This document shows, in pieces, positions 1 through 13,600 of a DNA stretch of 64,000 bases (its first letter is position 1; every line of letters begins with the position of its first letter). The position numbers were made by a program, and so were the translations under genes. The stretch covers positions 9,734,001-9,798,000 of the forward strand of contig OY740813.1 of NCBI GenBank assembly GCA_963514005.1, read 5' to 3'. The notes below the pieces were generated by a model. The model saw only the letters and a program-made list of their open reading frames with translations, was not told the origin of the DNA and searched no databases. Source of the stretch: Raja brachyura (taxonomy: Eukaryota).

Positions 1-431
1 TTTGTGCTTTGTTTTTTCCAGTACTACACACAAGTGTGAGCATCAAATCCAACAGCAATATCATCATTTTCAAAGTAGGAGGCTTTTTAACAAATCATTT
101 TGCAATTCTAACAGGATAGCGTATTACAGCATGGAAACAGGCCATTCAGACCATCATGCCCATACCAACCAGTGGGGAGCCATCCCTATTAATCCCATCT
201 TTCAGCATTTGGCCCATCGCCTTAAATGCCTAGGCGGTTGAAGGGCTTGTGTGGACACTTCTTAAGTGCCGTCAGTGACCATTTTCAGCATTCTATCAGG
301 CAGTGCAACCCAAGCACTCATCCTCTTTCGCAGAAAGCTTCTCCTCAGATTCCCTCCAAATCTCTTACCCCTTACCCTAAACTGCATCTTCTAGATTTGT
401 TCACCTTTGATAAGGAAAACTTATTGAACAT

Positions 432-621
432 CCCCGTGACTTGTGTGAGTTTTCTCGGGGAGCTCCGGACTCCTCCCACACTCCAAAAACGTATAGGTTT
501 GTGGGCTAATTGTAAATAGTAAATTGTCCCTAGTGTGTGTAGGATAGTGTTGTGTACAGGGATCCCTGGTTGACACAGACTTAGTGGGCCAAAGGGCCTG
601 TTTCTGCAGTGTATCTCTAGA
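432..621 (+). mobile_element. HE1/V-SINE-like SINE, 5' truncated
   Basis: V-domain CTCCGG..CTCCCACACTCCAAA; tail GGGCCAAAGGGCCTGTTTCTGCAGTGTATCTCTA. Confidence 0.75.
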
Positions 622-1517
622 CTGTCAATCCATTATGGGTACTGACCTCCAGCTACAGGGATCTACAAGCATCGTATCGTCAAGGAGGCAGGTAGCATCG
701 GAGACTCAGACCACCCTGGCCACACTCCCATTTCACTCCTGCCATTATTATTTGTCATGGTATTTACATAAAACCATGTTTACATATCTGTAGTGCTGCT
801 GCAAGTAAGAATTTCATTGTTCTGTTTTGAGACAAACGACAATAGAACTTTCTTGACTTGACTCATGATGATGCAAGCCAAAATGTTTTGAGGATATTTT
901 GTTATAGTAAAAAATATTTAAGCATATTTAAACAAAAGCAAGAAAGAAAATGCTTTAAATGCATAAGATTCGTTAAGACCTGAAATGTTAGTCCAAAGCT
1001 TCAGAGGAGCTCTCAGTATTCAAAAGGAAAACTAACTTTTCACTTGAAGACACTCATCAAATGGAGGTACAACACAAGCAATATCTGTGGAAAGATTCTC
1101 TGTCTACCTTGTGCGTCTGTGTCCTGCGGTGTTCAATTGTATTCCCTCTGAAATGACCCTGGCAGGTACTGCACCATCTAGGTCGTTTTTTGTCACTGTA
1201 AAGCAAGAAAGAGTTACTTGGAACTGGCTGGGGTATCCAATCCTCAGATTTTACCTGATCTCACCTTCCAAAAATTGCTCCAGTGGGGAGTGTTTGGAAT
1301 ATTTAGGGAATGGTAGATAAATACAGGATAGAAAATTAAAATTATACTTGCAAGATTCAAAAGTGAGGTAGAAAGAGGCTTCGGAATATAAAACTATAAT
1401 CTGTTTGTGCTGACCATTATACATAATTCAACACTTAAGAGATTTCTTTCTGTAGCGATTTTAATGTCAAGTGTTTCAAAGCGCTCCAAATTATCAATCT
1501 CCAGCAATTGTACTCAC

Positions 1518-1642
1518 CTTTCTCTGCTTCTTCCCACTGAGCTTGTCGCTGGAATTAACGTGGACAGACAAGCATTACTCATCTGCTGAATCTCCAAGAG
1601 TCTCTGATGATGGCGTGTCCCAATCATGTGCTTCTGAAAGTT
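1518..1642 (-). CDS. CIZ1: CIZ1 coding exon 9 (rest of first zinc finger)
   Basis: tttcaaag| NFQKHMIGTRHHQRLLEIQQMSNACLSTLIP...RE AG|gtgagt. Confidence 0.9.
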
Positions 1643-4600
1643 CTTTGAAAGAAAAAAGTAAATTGAGACATTAACAATTTTTTAACCAAATATGCAAAAT
1701 CCTAGCAATACTGGACAGGATCATAAGTTTTCTTCAGAGGCAAGATTTACATCTACTTTGAGCGCATTTCTGCATCCGTCATCCAACGGATATGGCGAGA
1801 ATTTGTCAAGCGCCTTTCTCGAATGCTTACCTTGACAATAACTTGACAAGTCTTGCTGATAGGGCATTCCATAAGACACGTGGAGTCTTTGCTGTAATAT
1901 GCATTTCTCCTTCACTTGTTGCATTATACAATTTCTAAGATATATCTAAGACAGGTTCTGGGCACCAGGTTATGGGAAACATATTGTCAAGCTTGAAAGG
2001 GTTCAGAAAAAAATTGAGGATGTTATCAGGACTAGAGGGTGTGAGCTATATAGGGAGAGGTTGAGTAGGCTGGGTCTCTATTCCATGGAGCACAGGCAGA
2101 TGAGGGGAGATCTTACAGAGGTATACAAAATCATGAGAGGAACAGGGGGTAACTTTTTCACACAAAGGATGGTGGGTGTTTGGACAAGCTGCCACATAAA
2201 CAATTAGACAAGTACATGGATAGGGCAGGTTTGGAGGGATATGGACCAAGCGCAGGAAAGTGGGACTAATATAGCTGGGACATTCTTTGGCGGTGTGTGA
2301 GAGTTGGGCCAAAGAGCTTGCTTCCACATTGTATCACTGTGACATTATTTTAGCTAAATTACTTTGAGAGTTGAAAAGAGGGTTGTCTGCAAGCTGCATA
2401 AACCTGCAAAAACGCGAGTCAGGGTGACAGTATATAAAGCACGCAGTAATTTGGCAGCCTGTTGTTCTGGTTTTTAAACTTCCATACAGTATTAGAAAAT
2501 TTACCTTATTCCCCTTTCGAATTGAAGCTATTCTGCTCCGAGCTGAGAGCAAGTGTTAAAGTGTAAAATACAGGGGGAATCTGGCTACTGCATCAGAATA
2601 AAGGTGTGTTGCTGATCCAATTTGCCACTGTAAACAGAGGGATATGGCTCAGACTGCATCTGTGCATCTCCCCATGATGCACCCATCCAATACCACCTCC
2701 AGCGGGAACCAACGTGAATTACCATCTTCTGCTCAATTGTTGCAAGCAGAAGGCCCGCATGGATTGATGCAGGTACATTTACTGTACAGCCTTGCATGTG
2801 CAGCTGTTGCATCAATAATAACTTCTTTACAGGTATGAACTGGTCTTCCCAGTTACAAACTATAGATTCCTCGTCATTTAAATTAAGCTTGTTTGTAGTC
2901 TTTCATGTGAATAGCTACCTCAAGGGGAATATTATACAAATGATCAAAGATCCTCTCCATTGTTCATTCAATTATACAAGTCAGTGCCACTTGCCTTACC
3001 TTTTGATTATAGCAGTTGACATTACAGATGTAACAGATGAACTTGATCGGCATGGAATCCAACTCCTCCCCAGAGTCCTCATTGCCCATGGATCCAGAAT
3101 CAGCTGCAGATGTACTGATTGCCCGACTCTCACTGCTCTGCTGGATCGTTACTTTCAGTGAACTCATGGTACCCAGCATCTACAAGATACATATTTACAC
3201 TTGTTTTCTCTGTATAAGATACGTTTTCTCTGTAAACCCAATCATTCAGTGGGAATCGAGACCAATTTGAACAGAGGGATAGAGAGTCAGCAAAAGCACA
3301 ATACTTGCTTTGTTTATTGACATGTGGCATACAAATCATCATAGTATCTTGTGCATCATTTACACAAACAATTCCTCATTTCCAGATACATATGTGAATC
3401 AAGAGTTGCAACAAAAAAAAACATATCCCATTTCTTTTACTTTCGTTTCCTCAACCAGAATGTACAAAATGTTACAAAAGATAAAACAATTCACAAACAC
3501 TTCCTCCTGAAATTTCACCGTTTAGGCCCAAATTGTGTCACTTTGGCATATATGGGCATCATGATCAATGAGTGTCCCACTTTCCCGTGTTACTCACAAA
3601 CTCTCCCGAGTTATCCCTTGATTCGAACTCGGTGAATTATGGTAATAGCCATTCGTAGGTACTCGGGGCTACCGACATTACCCGACATTCCCCGAGTTTG
3701 AATCAAGGGGAAAACTCGGGAGAGTTTGTGAGTAACTCGGGAAAGTGGGACAGGGCCTTAAATAAATTCAATTTTAGCATTTTGCTTGTGGATCATCACA
3801 ATGTGAAATTAAATTGCACTAGATGGGAACTTTCTTGGAATAAAGATCCCCCCCACCCCCCCAAGCTACCATCAAGACTTCTTCATTAGTTAACAATAGA
3901 GATTTCTGATTTTACAATCAAAACGAGAAAGCCATATCGCCTTTGGCCATCTCTTAGTGCAAATCTATAGACTTTGAAATCCAAGCTTGTCATCATGCTT
4001 AATTGGAACAGTATTTTTTCTGCTATTGCGGGGATTTCCTACATAATTAGTATTACTTATTCATAGAAAATTAACATAGAATAATACAGCACAGGAAAGG
4101 GCCTTTCACCCCACAATGTTTGTGTCGAACATGTTGCTAAATTAAACTGATTTCATCTGCCCATACGTACATGATCCATATCCTTCTATTCCCTACACTT
4201 CCGTACGCCTATCCAAAAGCCTTTTAAATTCCACTCGTATCAGTCTCCACCACCCCCTGGCAGTGCATTCCAGACCCCCATCACTCTGTGTAAAAAACCT
4301 GCATCTCCATTAAAGTTTCCCCCTCTCACCTTATAACAATGCCCTCCAGTGTTGGACATTTCCATCTTAGGAAAAAGTTCTACCTCATCTACACCTTTCA
4401 TAATTGTATATATTTCTATCAAGTCTCAACCCAACCTCCGATGTTCCAGAGAAAACAATCCAAGTCTACCCAACCTCTGTAGCTGAAACTCTTTAATCCA
4501 GGCAGCATTCTGGTAAACTTCCTCTGCACCCTTTCCACAGCCACCCATCTTACCTGTAATGGGTGGCCAGAACTGCACGCAATAATCAAAATGTGGCCTA

Positions 4601-7600
4601 ACCAAAGTCCTGTAGGGCTGCATCGTACTTTGTGAATTTTATACTCACTGCGCCCAACAATGAAGGCAAGCATACCATATGCTTTCTTAACTACTCTATC
4701 TACTGCGCTGCCACATTCAGTGAGCTATGAACTTGGACTTCAAGATCCCTCTGCACATCAATGCTGTTAAGGGTCTTGTCATTAACTGTTTACTGCCTCC
4801 TTACATTCAAAGTACACCTCAAACTTGCTCGGGTTTAACTCCATTTGCAAATTTCTCCGCCATTTCTACACCTGGTCTATATCCCGCTGTATCTTCTGAC
4901 AGCATTTCTCACTGTTTGCAACTCCTCCAATTTTGGTGTTATCACCAAACTTACTCACCAACCCATCTACATTAGGTTTCAGTCATTTATTTCTATCACA
5001 AACAGCAGAGTTCCACTGGTCACAGACCCCCAGCCAGAATATCTACCCACCTCCATAACCCTGTCTTCTATGAATAAACCAGTTCTGAATCCATATGACC
5101 AAGTCATAATGAATCTCATACATCTTAATCACCCTACCATGACTGACCTTATCAAATGCCTTGATAAAATCCATGAACACAACATTCACCGCCCTACCTT
5201 CAATCTCCTTCATCACCTCAAAAACCTCAATCAAGTTATTGAGACAGGACCTGATGCGTACAAAACCGTGCAGGTTATCCCTAATTAACCCATTTCTTTC
5301 CAAATGGGAGTAAATCCTATCATGAAGAATTCACTCCAATTCTCTCCCTCCCATTAGTTTATGTGAGGCTCACTGGCCTATAGTTGTCTGGATTCTCTCT
5401 ACTTCCTTTCTTAAACAAAGGAACAACATCAGCCATTCACCAGCCCTCTGGGACCTCGCCTTTGACTGGAGAAGAAACAAAGATCCTCATCAAGTCCTCT
5501 GTAATCTCTGCTCTTGCCTCCCTAAATAACCTGGGATAGATCCCATCAAGCCTTGGGAACTTATTTTACCTTAATGTCTTCAATAGCCTAAGCATCACCT
5601 CCTTCTCAATCTCAAACTGCCCTAGCATATTTGTGTTCCCTACTGATATCTCCAACACTGACCTTGTTTCTCAAAAACAAAAGGATGGATTTTCCATTTT
5701 ACTGCAATCTGCAAAAGCAAAAAAAAATCAGAAACCACACTATCTTTGATAAGTGATCTTCGCAAATTCCAAAGAAAAATAATGATGTTTGGTTTCTGTC
5801 AACCCGCCCTTGTTAAGTCACAAACTACAGACAAGACTATTCAGAGTCTTTTAGGACACCGAGAACCATCCAAAGATACCCACGTTTAATGGGGATATCT
5901 GGCTTCCATTAAACTATTATGGCTTCCTCCACTTGATCAAAGGCATAATGTAAGGAAGCATACAGTGAAAAAGGTTATTCTTACCTCTGTGTTCGCTGCA
6001 TTGTGTTCTAAATTCTCACCAGCTCCACTCTCTTCATTTTTATCAGTTTCTGTAAATAGAATTTAAAAAAAAATAAACTGCTTTTCCAAGCAATCCGACA
6101 GGCAGACTGGATTAATCTAGCTGCCACTACCAGGATAGATCCAGAAGAGGCCATGGAATATAATATACCACAGCTGTTGGCAAAAAATGTTTCTAATTAT
6201 GAAGAAACGTGAAGCTATTGGAAAAAGTTTACATTGGCACGTTGTCTTACTGGAATTAGACACTACAGAGGACAGCAGAATCTCATCCAGGTAAGACAAC
6301 TACAAAAAACCTCAAACTATGTAACAGTTCTGTGATAAATTCAACAACCTGATTTATTCCATTACAGTTAATCCGTAGATATTTACTTGAGAATAACTTG
6401 AATGTTACTCTCGCAGTGATTGTCCTCAACTTCTCCCTCAAAAGACAATACAAGTGCAAAAGCTCAACCAATCATATATTTACTCACAATTTCCAGATTT
6501 TTGCAGCTGTTACCCTTAGTGCAGTATTTCCAGCCTTCGTATTATCAGTCAACTATAACAATGTACCTCAAGACCCTGACAAAATCAATTTGTTTGGATA
6601 AGAAGCAGCAACACAACCACTTTCAATGTTTTTCTTGAAATTCATATAGCTGGAAACCACTGGGAAGTGTGGGAGTCAGGAAATAACATAGGGTGGTGAT
6701 ACGCAATCACCCACACCTCTATAACAGATATATAGCACTGGATGTTACAATTAAGTGTTAAAATGCAGGTGATTTGTTGGCCTTTTGATAGTTAAAGCAG
6801 AGTATCTTCTGCACTTTTATTACAGATTCCCAAAGTCGTTTTCATTAAATCACCTTCATTCGTTGTACTCTTTGATATGGTTGGCTCGCCCGACTTAGAC
6901 TGTTCAATTACATCATCATCATTTTGGCTGCAGAAAGAAGAAAATGACTTTGTTAAATCCCACTGAGTTAATGGAAGTAACAGGACATAAGTAGCAGAGG
7001 GCACCATGGAAATATTTTTTTCAATATTGAGAAGATTTCCAACCACGATGAATTAGGCGCACAGAATTCATTATTGCTACGGCTTAATCGAAAAGGGAAT
7101 AACAGCACTTTTTCCAGTTGAAAGAATGGAACAAAACCCTCAAGATAATTGTGAATGAGATAACTGGATGATTCTTTGAGCTTATTTTCACAAATTGTTT
7201 TATTCTATAACTGTTTATCCATGGATTTATACAAGTTTATCTTGAATACTATCCTTCTAGTGACAACATTCTCGATCAAACAGTACCACCAAATCCAAAG
7301 GATTAACTGGGCAGTAAACCACATTTTATTGAGGAATACAAGGCACTGCAGATCTGGAATCTTGAGCAAAAGAAACAAACTACACAAGGAACACAGCAAA
7401 CAAGGCATAATCTCTGGTGGGAAATGGACAGACATTGTTTTGGATAGGATCCTTCGAGATTGGAGTAGAGGGGAGATAACTAGCAGAAAGAGGAGAGGGG
7501 AAGGGGTGGGACAAGAGCTGGGAGAAAGTTGAATCCAGGGGCTGATTCACAGATGAGTTGGAGAGGAAGAGAAGGTGGAGATCGTAACACAGGCTGGAGA

Positions 7601-10600
7601 ACCCAAAGGGCTACAGATGGTGGAATCTGATAAGGAAAGGTGAAGGTGAAAACATAGAACCTAAAGGAGCGACAGCGAGTAGATCAGAATGATGGGGTGG
7701 GGGTTGAGTGGGAAGAGGGGAAAGAAAATGTGAAAGAGAGAACCTGCATAGATCAGGAGAAAGAGGGTGGTTTACCTGCAATTGGAGAATTGGCACCGCA
7801 GCGGAATATGAAGTGCTGTCCATGTAGTTTGTAAGTTACCTCAATTTGGCAATGGAAGAGGCCGCAGACAAATACATCGGTAAGGGAACGTACAGGGGGA
7901 CTGAGGTGGCTTAGGAAAACCTACTGAGTTTTTTTTTCCCACATTTTGTCTCTTAGTTACAACCAGATCAGCCAAAAAATTCCAAACTCATTCTCTATGT
8001 GAAGAACTGAGGTATATTTCTTTTTAAAGGCACAATAGGAAATTGATTTTTGAAAACAATTCAAATACAATATGATCTATAAATCTTAAAATGTATAGCC
8101 CCTTTTAAGAAAGTGAGAGGAAGAGAAGAAGAAACAAAAATAGGATATGTAGTATTATAATTTCCACCCTGTAACGTTAATAACATATCCACATACTCAT
8201 AATTGTCCCAGGTGCTGTACTGTTTCATTACTTTTGGGAAAACCTCTTCTGGTGCTGTTCTATGTTTGAGGCCAGATCATACTTTATCCAGTAATTTTGT
8301 AGTGAACGGCCAGCCTTCTATTAATCACCCACTGTTGAAGCACAGAAATTGTACATAAACTGGAGCACAGATTTAAAGAGCCAGGTGCTCTTTACATTCT
8401 ACTCCTCAGCTTTATAGCAGAGATGGTTAAGGTTAAAAGCTTGACCACATTAATTTAAATGGGGCAGGTAAGTAGTTTAGTTATTTTTCTTCATCTTGAT
8501 GTTTTAATTTTAGTTTTACAGTATTTTAAATTTATTTTTATTCTCCAACAGAGGGAAGCTGAGAATGGGCCATAAGGATCTTCTAGGGATGGGCGGAGTA
8601 GCAATTCGATTTAAATGCAATTATATGGCAGATTTATTAAAAATGTAAGAAAAGGTGCCCATAAATCATCAATAAACATTTTATTTGAATTCTAAAATAC
8701 TGAAGAAGAGGTTTTATTTTCTTCAAGACATGCATTTTACTTATTTAAGGTCACTGCTATAAATCTCAAGTGGTGACACTCAATTTTGCCATTTAAAAAC
8801 CTATTTAAACTATTATTATCAGACGATTGCAGTCTTACTTCACAGAGCGTCATACAAACTGGTTTAAAAGTCCAAGGCGTTAATACTCCAAGTCAACAGC
8901 TGTAGTATCAAATATTAAAATAAGTTCATCTAAATTACCTTGGGCATCCCCTCAGGGAAGGCCAATTGCTGTGTTCGAAATTCAAAATAAGAACATGCAA
9001 CTGACTCACATTATTGTGTTGTGCAAAACATTTGCACAAAGATATTCAGCAGAAATAAAGCCTCGACCGTCGAGATAAACCATTTATCTTTAAGAAACAA
9101 AGCACAGCTTCAATGACGTATAAACTATTCCCCAGGGTTAAAGGTTTATTCACCTCCCACCCCCTCAAGATCTGGAGCTCATTCTTTGCTCATTTGCAAT
9201 GCACCTGTACAACATTATCTATGGGGAATGATAATTACAATTCCAAGTTTAGCAATTCTGAAGTGCTGTCTAGTGAAACACGATTTTGCTGGAAACTCAA
9301 ATGGCTATTTTATGCGAATGTCTGAATTGCACAACATAAAACTGAGTCTCTTTTCCTCACACATATTTCCTCAAAAGAGCTAAGTACTTCAAGGTTTATA
9401 GATCATCATATTATTCTATTTGAATTTAAAAATAAATACACCTTAATTTTTCCAAATTATTTATCTCATTTTGTCTTGGAAATATGTCAAATGGGTTCAT
9501 AATTTTTATTTTCAATTAAAAGTAACAAAAGATTATATGAAGGTTTCAGCAGGTGATGAAGCAGGTCATGGAAGATTTATTTGCAGCGCTGTGGATCTAT
9601 TGTCAAAGGCTCACTTCTGATCAAAAACAACAAAGTCTATGAGTACTTGCTGTCCCAGGGGAAGGTGTGATAAAGAGAACCAATTTAAATAAAATCCCAA
9701 GTACCTCCCAAGCTTTCTCCTTTTTACTTCTGGTTCATCGGCTTTCATGGAGTCTTGAGTTTTCAGAGATAGAGAAACAGCTGCCTTCTTTGTATCAACA
9801 AGTTTATTACCTGAGGCAAAATAATACAATTATTTCTATTTACAAAGTTGCAAGTGAAAATGCTTACCTTCCCATTGATTAATGTGGTCTAATTGAAGTC
9901 ACCATACCAAGTTGCTTAACTCAATATTTATACCGATGGAGAGGATTACACATTTTAAAATTATCAAATGAATTTCTTGCAACTTTACAAAAGTGGTTTC
10001 AGACTTCATAAATTAACATTACAATTTAATGACAAATATGGTTCCAATTAGGCACAAGTTTCAGAATATAAAATAACTTCTGTCATTTGACACTTAAGTT
10101 TCCTTTGATTTCAGACTGTCATACGTTATTAATTTATTTTATTTGTGACGGATGCAGCATGAATGGAATAAGAAAAAGATATAGAAGGAAAAAGCTAGTG
10201 TGTTCCCAGGCATCCCACTCCTGCCAATGCTAGTAGCAACAACCACAAGGCCAAAATGAGGCAAGCACCCCAAAAAACAAGGAGTGGAAGAATGACAACT
10301 TGCACTTCAGATTCTTTTAATTAACAATTCAGAACAAACCTGTACAGCCAATAATTGATCAAATCCTCACGCATCAAACAGGAACACTTTAAAAAATATA
10401 AATTTGTAAAGGCAGCTTTTCTTTCACATCACTTTAGAGATACCGTGCGGAAACATGCCGTTTAGCCCACTGAGTCCGTGCCGACCAGCGATCACCCCGT
10501 ACACTAGCACTCTGATGACTTTCTTTGGAGTGTGAGAGGAAACTGTAACACTCTGAGAAAGCCCATGCCATCACTGGGAGAATGCACAAACTCCATACAG

Positions 10601-13600
10601 ACAGCACCCGTAGTCAGAACCCGGGTCTCTGACGCTATATGGTAGCAACTCTACCGCAGTGCCACCCAAAAGCATCTTTCTATAAATATGAGATTAGCAC
10701 AATATTGGTGTTATGTGACACAAAGGATAAAAGTTAACTGGTTGGCTGGTTCATCCAATCTATTCTATTCCACCTTGATATCTACAATATCTACAAACCT
10801 ACCCCATTCACTAGCCATGCATTCTCCTGCATGACACATATTTGCCTTGCCTTGCCATGCCCTCAAGTGAACAATGCTTTGTTTATCTATTGTAAAAAGA
10901 ATACTGATCCATTGCATTCTACATCTGAAATCTAAAAAATCTATGTTAGGATGGAGCATAAATGGTTGATGTTTCCCTCTTTATTCTGCAGTTTATTTTA
11001 AGGATTCGGTGTAAGTCTGTGTTAACACAATTTATTTTGCATAATCAGTACCTGTTGTCACCTTTGCTCCAGGCGTTGTCTTGTTATTATTCGCTTTTGC
11101 CCTGAATGGCTCCCTTGGAGAAAAACGATTTCTCATGTCTTGCATTCTCTTAATATCCTGCAAGTCAGAACATTTTGCCTTCAGTGGGAAAGTATGCACT
11201 AGACATTAAATTTGGGCTTAGGCATCAGATTGGAACCTTATCCAAGAAGCTGTAGTGAAGGTGTACATACATATTCATTATTAACTGCATTATCCATGAT
11301 ACATACCTGATCCTGAAAAGCAGACTAAGAAAACAAACTTTTAAAGAGATACCAATTTCCTGAAAATCCATATTCTTAAGTGAATTCACACTACATATGT
11401 GAAGTGTGAATACATATGGGGTGGCACAGCAGTAGAGTTGATGCCTTACAGCGCTTTCAGCAACAGAGACCCAGATTTGATCCCAATGACGGATGCTGTC
11501 TGTTTGCAGTTTGTACAGTCTCCATGTGACCATGTGGGTTTTCTCTGAGATCTTCGGTTTCCTCCCACACTCCAAAGATGTACAGGTTTGTGGGTTTATT
11601 GGCTTGGTATAAATGTAAAATTGTCCCTAGTAGGGCAGTGTTAATGTGCGGAGAGCGCTGGTCAGTACGGACTCGGTGGGCCTGTTTCCGCACTGTATCT
11701 CTAAAATTAAAACTAAATATGTTGCTTTGTTTCCAATTCATTAACCCCTGTCTTTAACGCAATGACATAATAGTCATAATAGTCTATTAATCATAATAGT
11801 CACAGCAGCAAAATAGTCCTTTGGCCTGCCGTGCCTCTGCTGATCAATAAGCACCCACTGACACTATTCCCATTTTACTTTTCCTGCATTCCCATCAATT
11901 CCAGATTCTAACACTCACTTACACGCCAGGGCCAATACAGCCGTCAATTAACTTTGGGATGTTGCTTTTAATAGTAATTTCTGAGTGATAGCAATAAAAA
12001 TACCAATTATTTCAAATATTCAAATCAGATAGCTTCTGGGGAGAGCAAAAGTGATTGTGGTGAGCTAGAGTGATTTTACATCAATGGGTTTCCTTCATAT
12101 ATTTTCAACATATTTTTAGCACGTCCGTTTTTATTTTACTTTTCATTACCAGTTGATAGCAATTATGTGAACAAAGTTTCTGACCGTGTCTCTTTGTGAT
12201 GAATGTATGAAATTTGTATAATGTTCTGAATTGTGCCATGTGTAAACTACTGTTAACTGTGGTCTTGATGTAAATTCAGTCCAATTGAGCCAACCCCAGC
12301 CTCCACATTTTCTGCCCAATTAATGCTTCAAAATAAATTCTGAGGAGAATCACAAAATATTCTGCCAGAATGCAAAAACTAAGGTCTTACAAGCAGCAGA
12401 AACTCTGTGAACAATTTATTCCTTTATTTTAATCGAGTCTACTATCATTATTTTGTCAGATTACTGTGCTTTTTTAAAAAACAAAAATCGCCATAAACCA
12501 CCCTAATTTCACCCTGTTATGGACATTCCATTTGTTCTACCATTTGTCCTTCCCCACCCTCTCTGCTACTTTGACTAACTTGTTTTCCCCCTTTCTCACT
12601 TCTGTGGAAGGGTCTTCAATCTGAAACATGAACTGTGTCTCTTTCCACAAGCACTGCCGGATCTGCTGATTCTTTTCAGTATTTTCAGTTTATATTTCAT
12701 GCTCATGCTCATTGAAAAACAATGGTACGGCTTCAAAGTATATTTAAGTGCCCTTGAGGAGGAGATGGCTAACCTCCTTTCATAATCGTGGTATTTCATA
12801 TGGACTCTCACAACGTTGTAAAATACACAGATCCAGGATTTAGATCCAGTACATTCAAGATGGAATTAATTATTTGCGGAGGATTCGAGGTGAGGGCATT
12901 CTCTGCAAGCATTACCTTTGTGCTGTTAACTGGTTAAAAACAAGGCATGTTTGGAAACCATTGCCACAGAGATCCTCCACCATATGGAGGCAGGAGAGCC
13001 CAATAGCCTTTCATCCAGGCCTTCATCTTAGAAAATCCAGTATCATCTGGGATTACCAGGCAAGTTATTGAAATGGAACTACAGTTTATGTTTCTTTATT
13101 TTAGTTCATTTCTCACACTAACTACTTTTAACTGAATGCATTCTAGTGGCTCACATTAACCTAGCTGTGGCGAGTACTCTTTTTAGTCAAAAAATATCCA
13201 AATACGTTTATTTTAAACATTTCATTGGATATGTCACCTATGCAATTGAAAATCAGACACTACTATTGCGATTTGCCTGGATTTACATAATATTTAAACA
13301 TATCTGCCCTGCACCAATTGTTTCATAAAAAACGATTCACTCTGTTATAATGAGGTTTCTCCTTACTTTATTGAATCCGCGAAGATGCGGATGGAAGGGA
13401 TGGTTCCCAAATCTGATGCGAGGAGTCTGCAGTTGGATGCCAACGGGAGGGGTGCCAAGAATTGATGCTCTGGATCCTGGTGGGAAGAAGGGCTGTAAGC
13501 CTGGTGTAGGCATGCTGTATCCAGGAAGACCACCTATAAAATTGGACGTGGGAATCAGACATTTAGAAAATACGATGTGTTGGCAATATGGAGTCACCGC

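Noticed and set aside
2585-2905. About 105-codon stop-free minus-strand frame in CIZ1 intron 8
   Set aside because: No motif recognised and no convincing splice sites in phase
9705-11157. CIZ1 exons 4 and 5 are both 106 nt (duplicated or mutually exclusive?)
   Set aside because: No sequence similarity, different phases, and both are needed to keep frame
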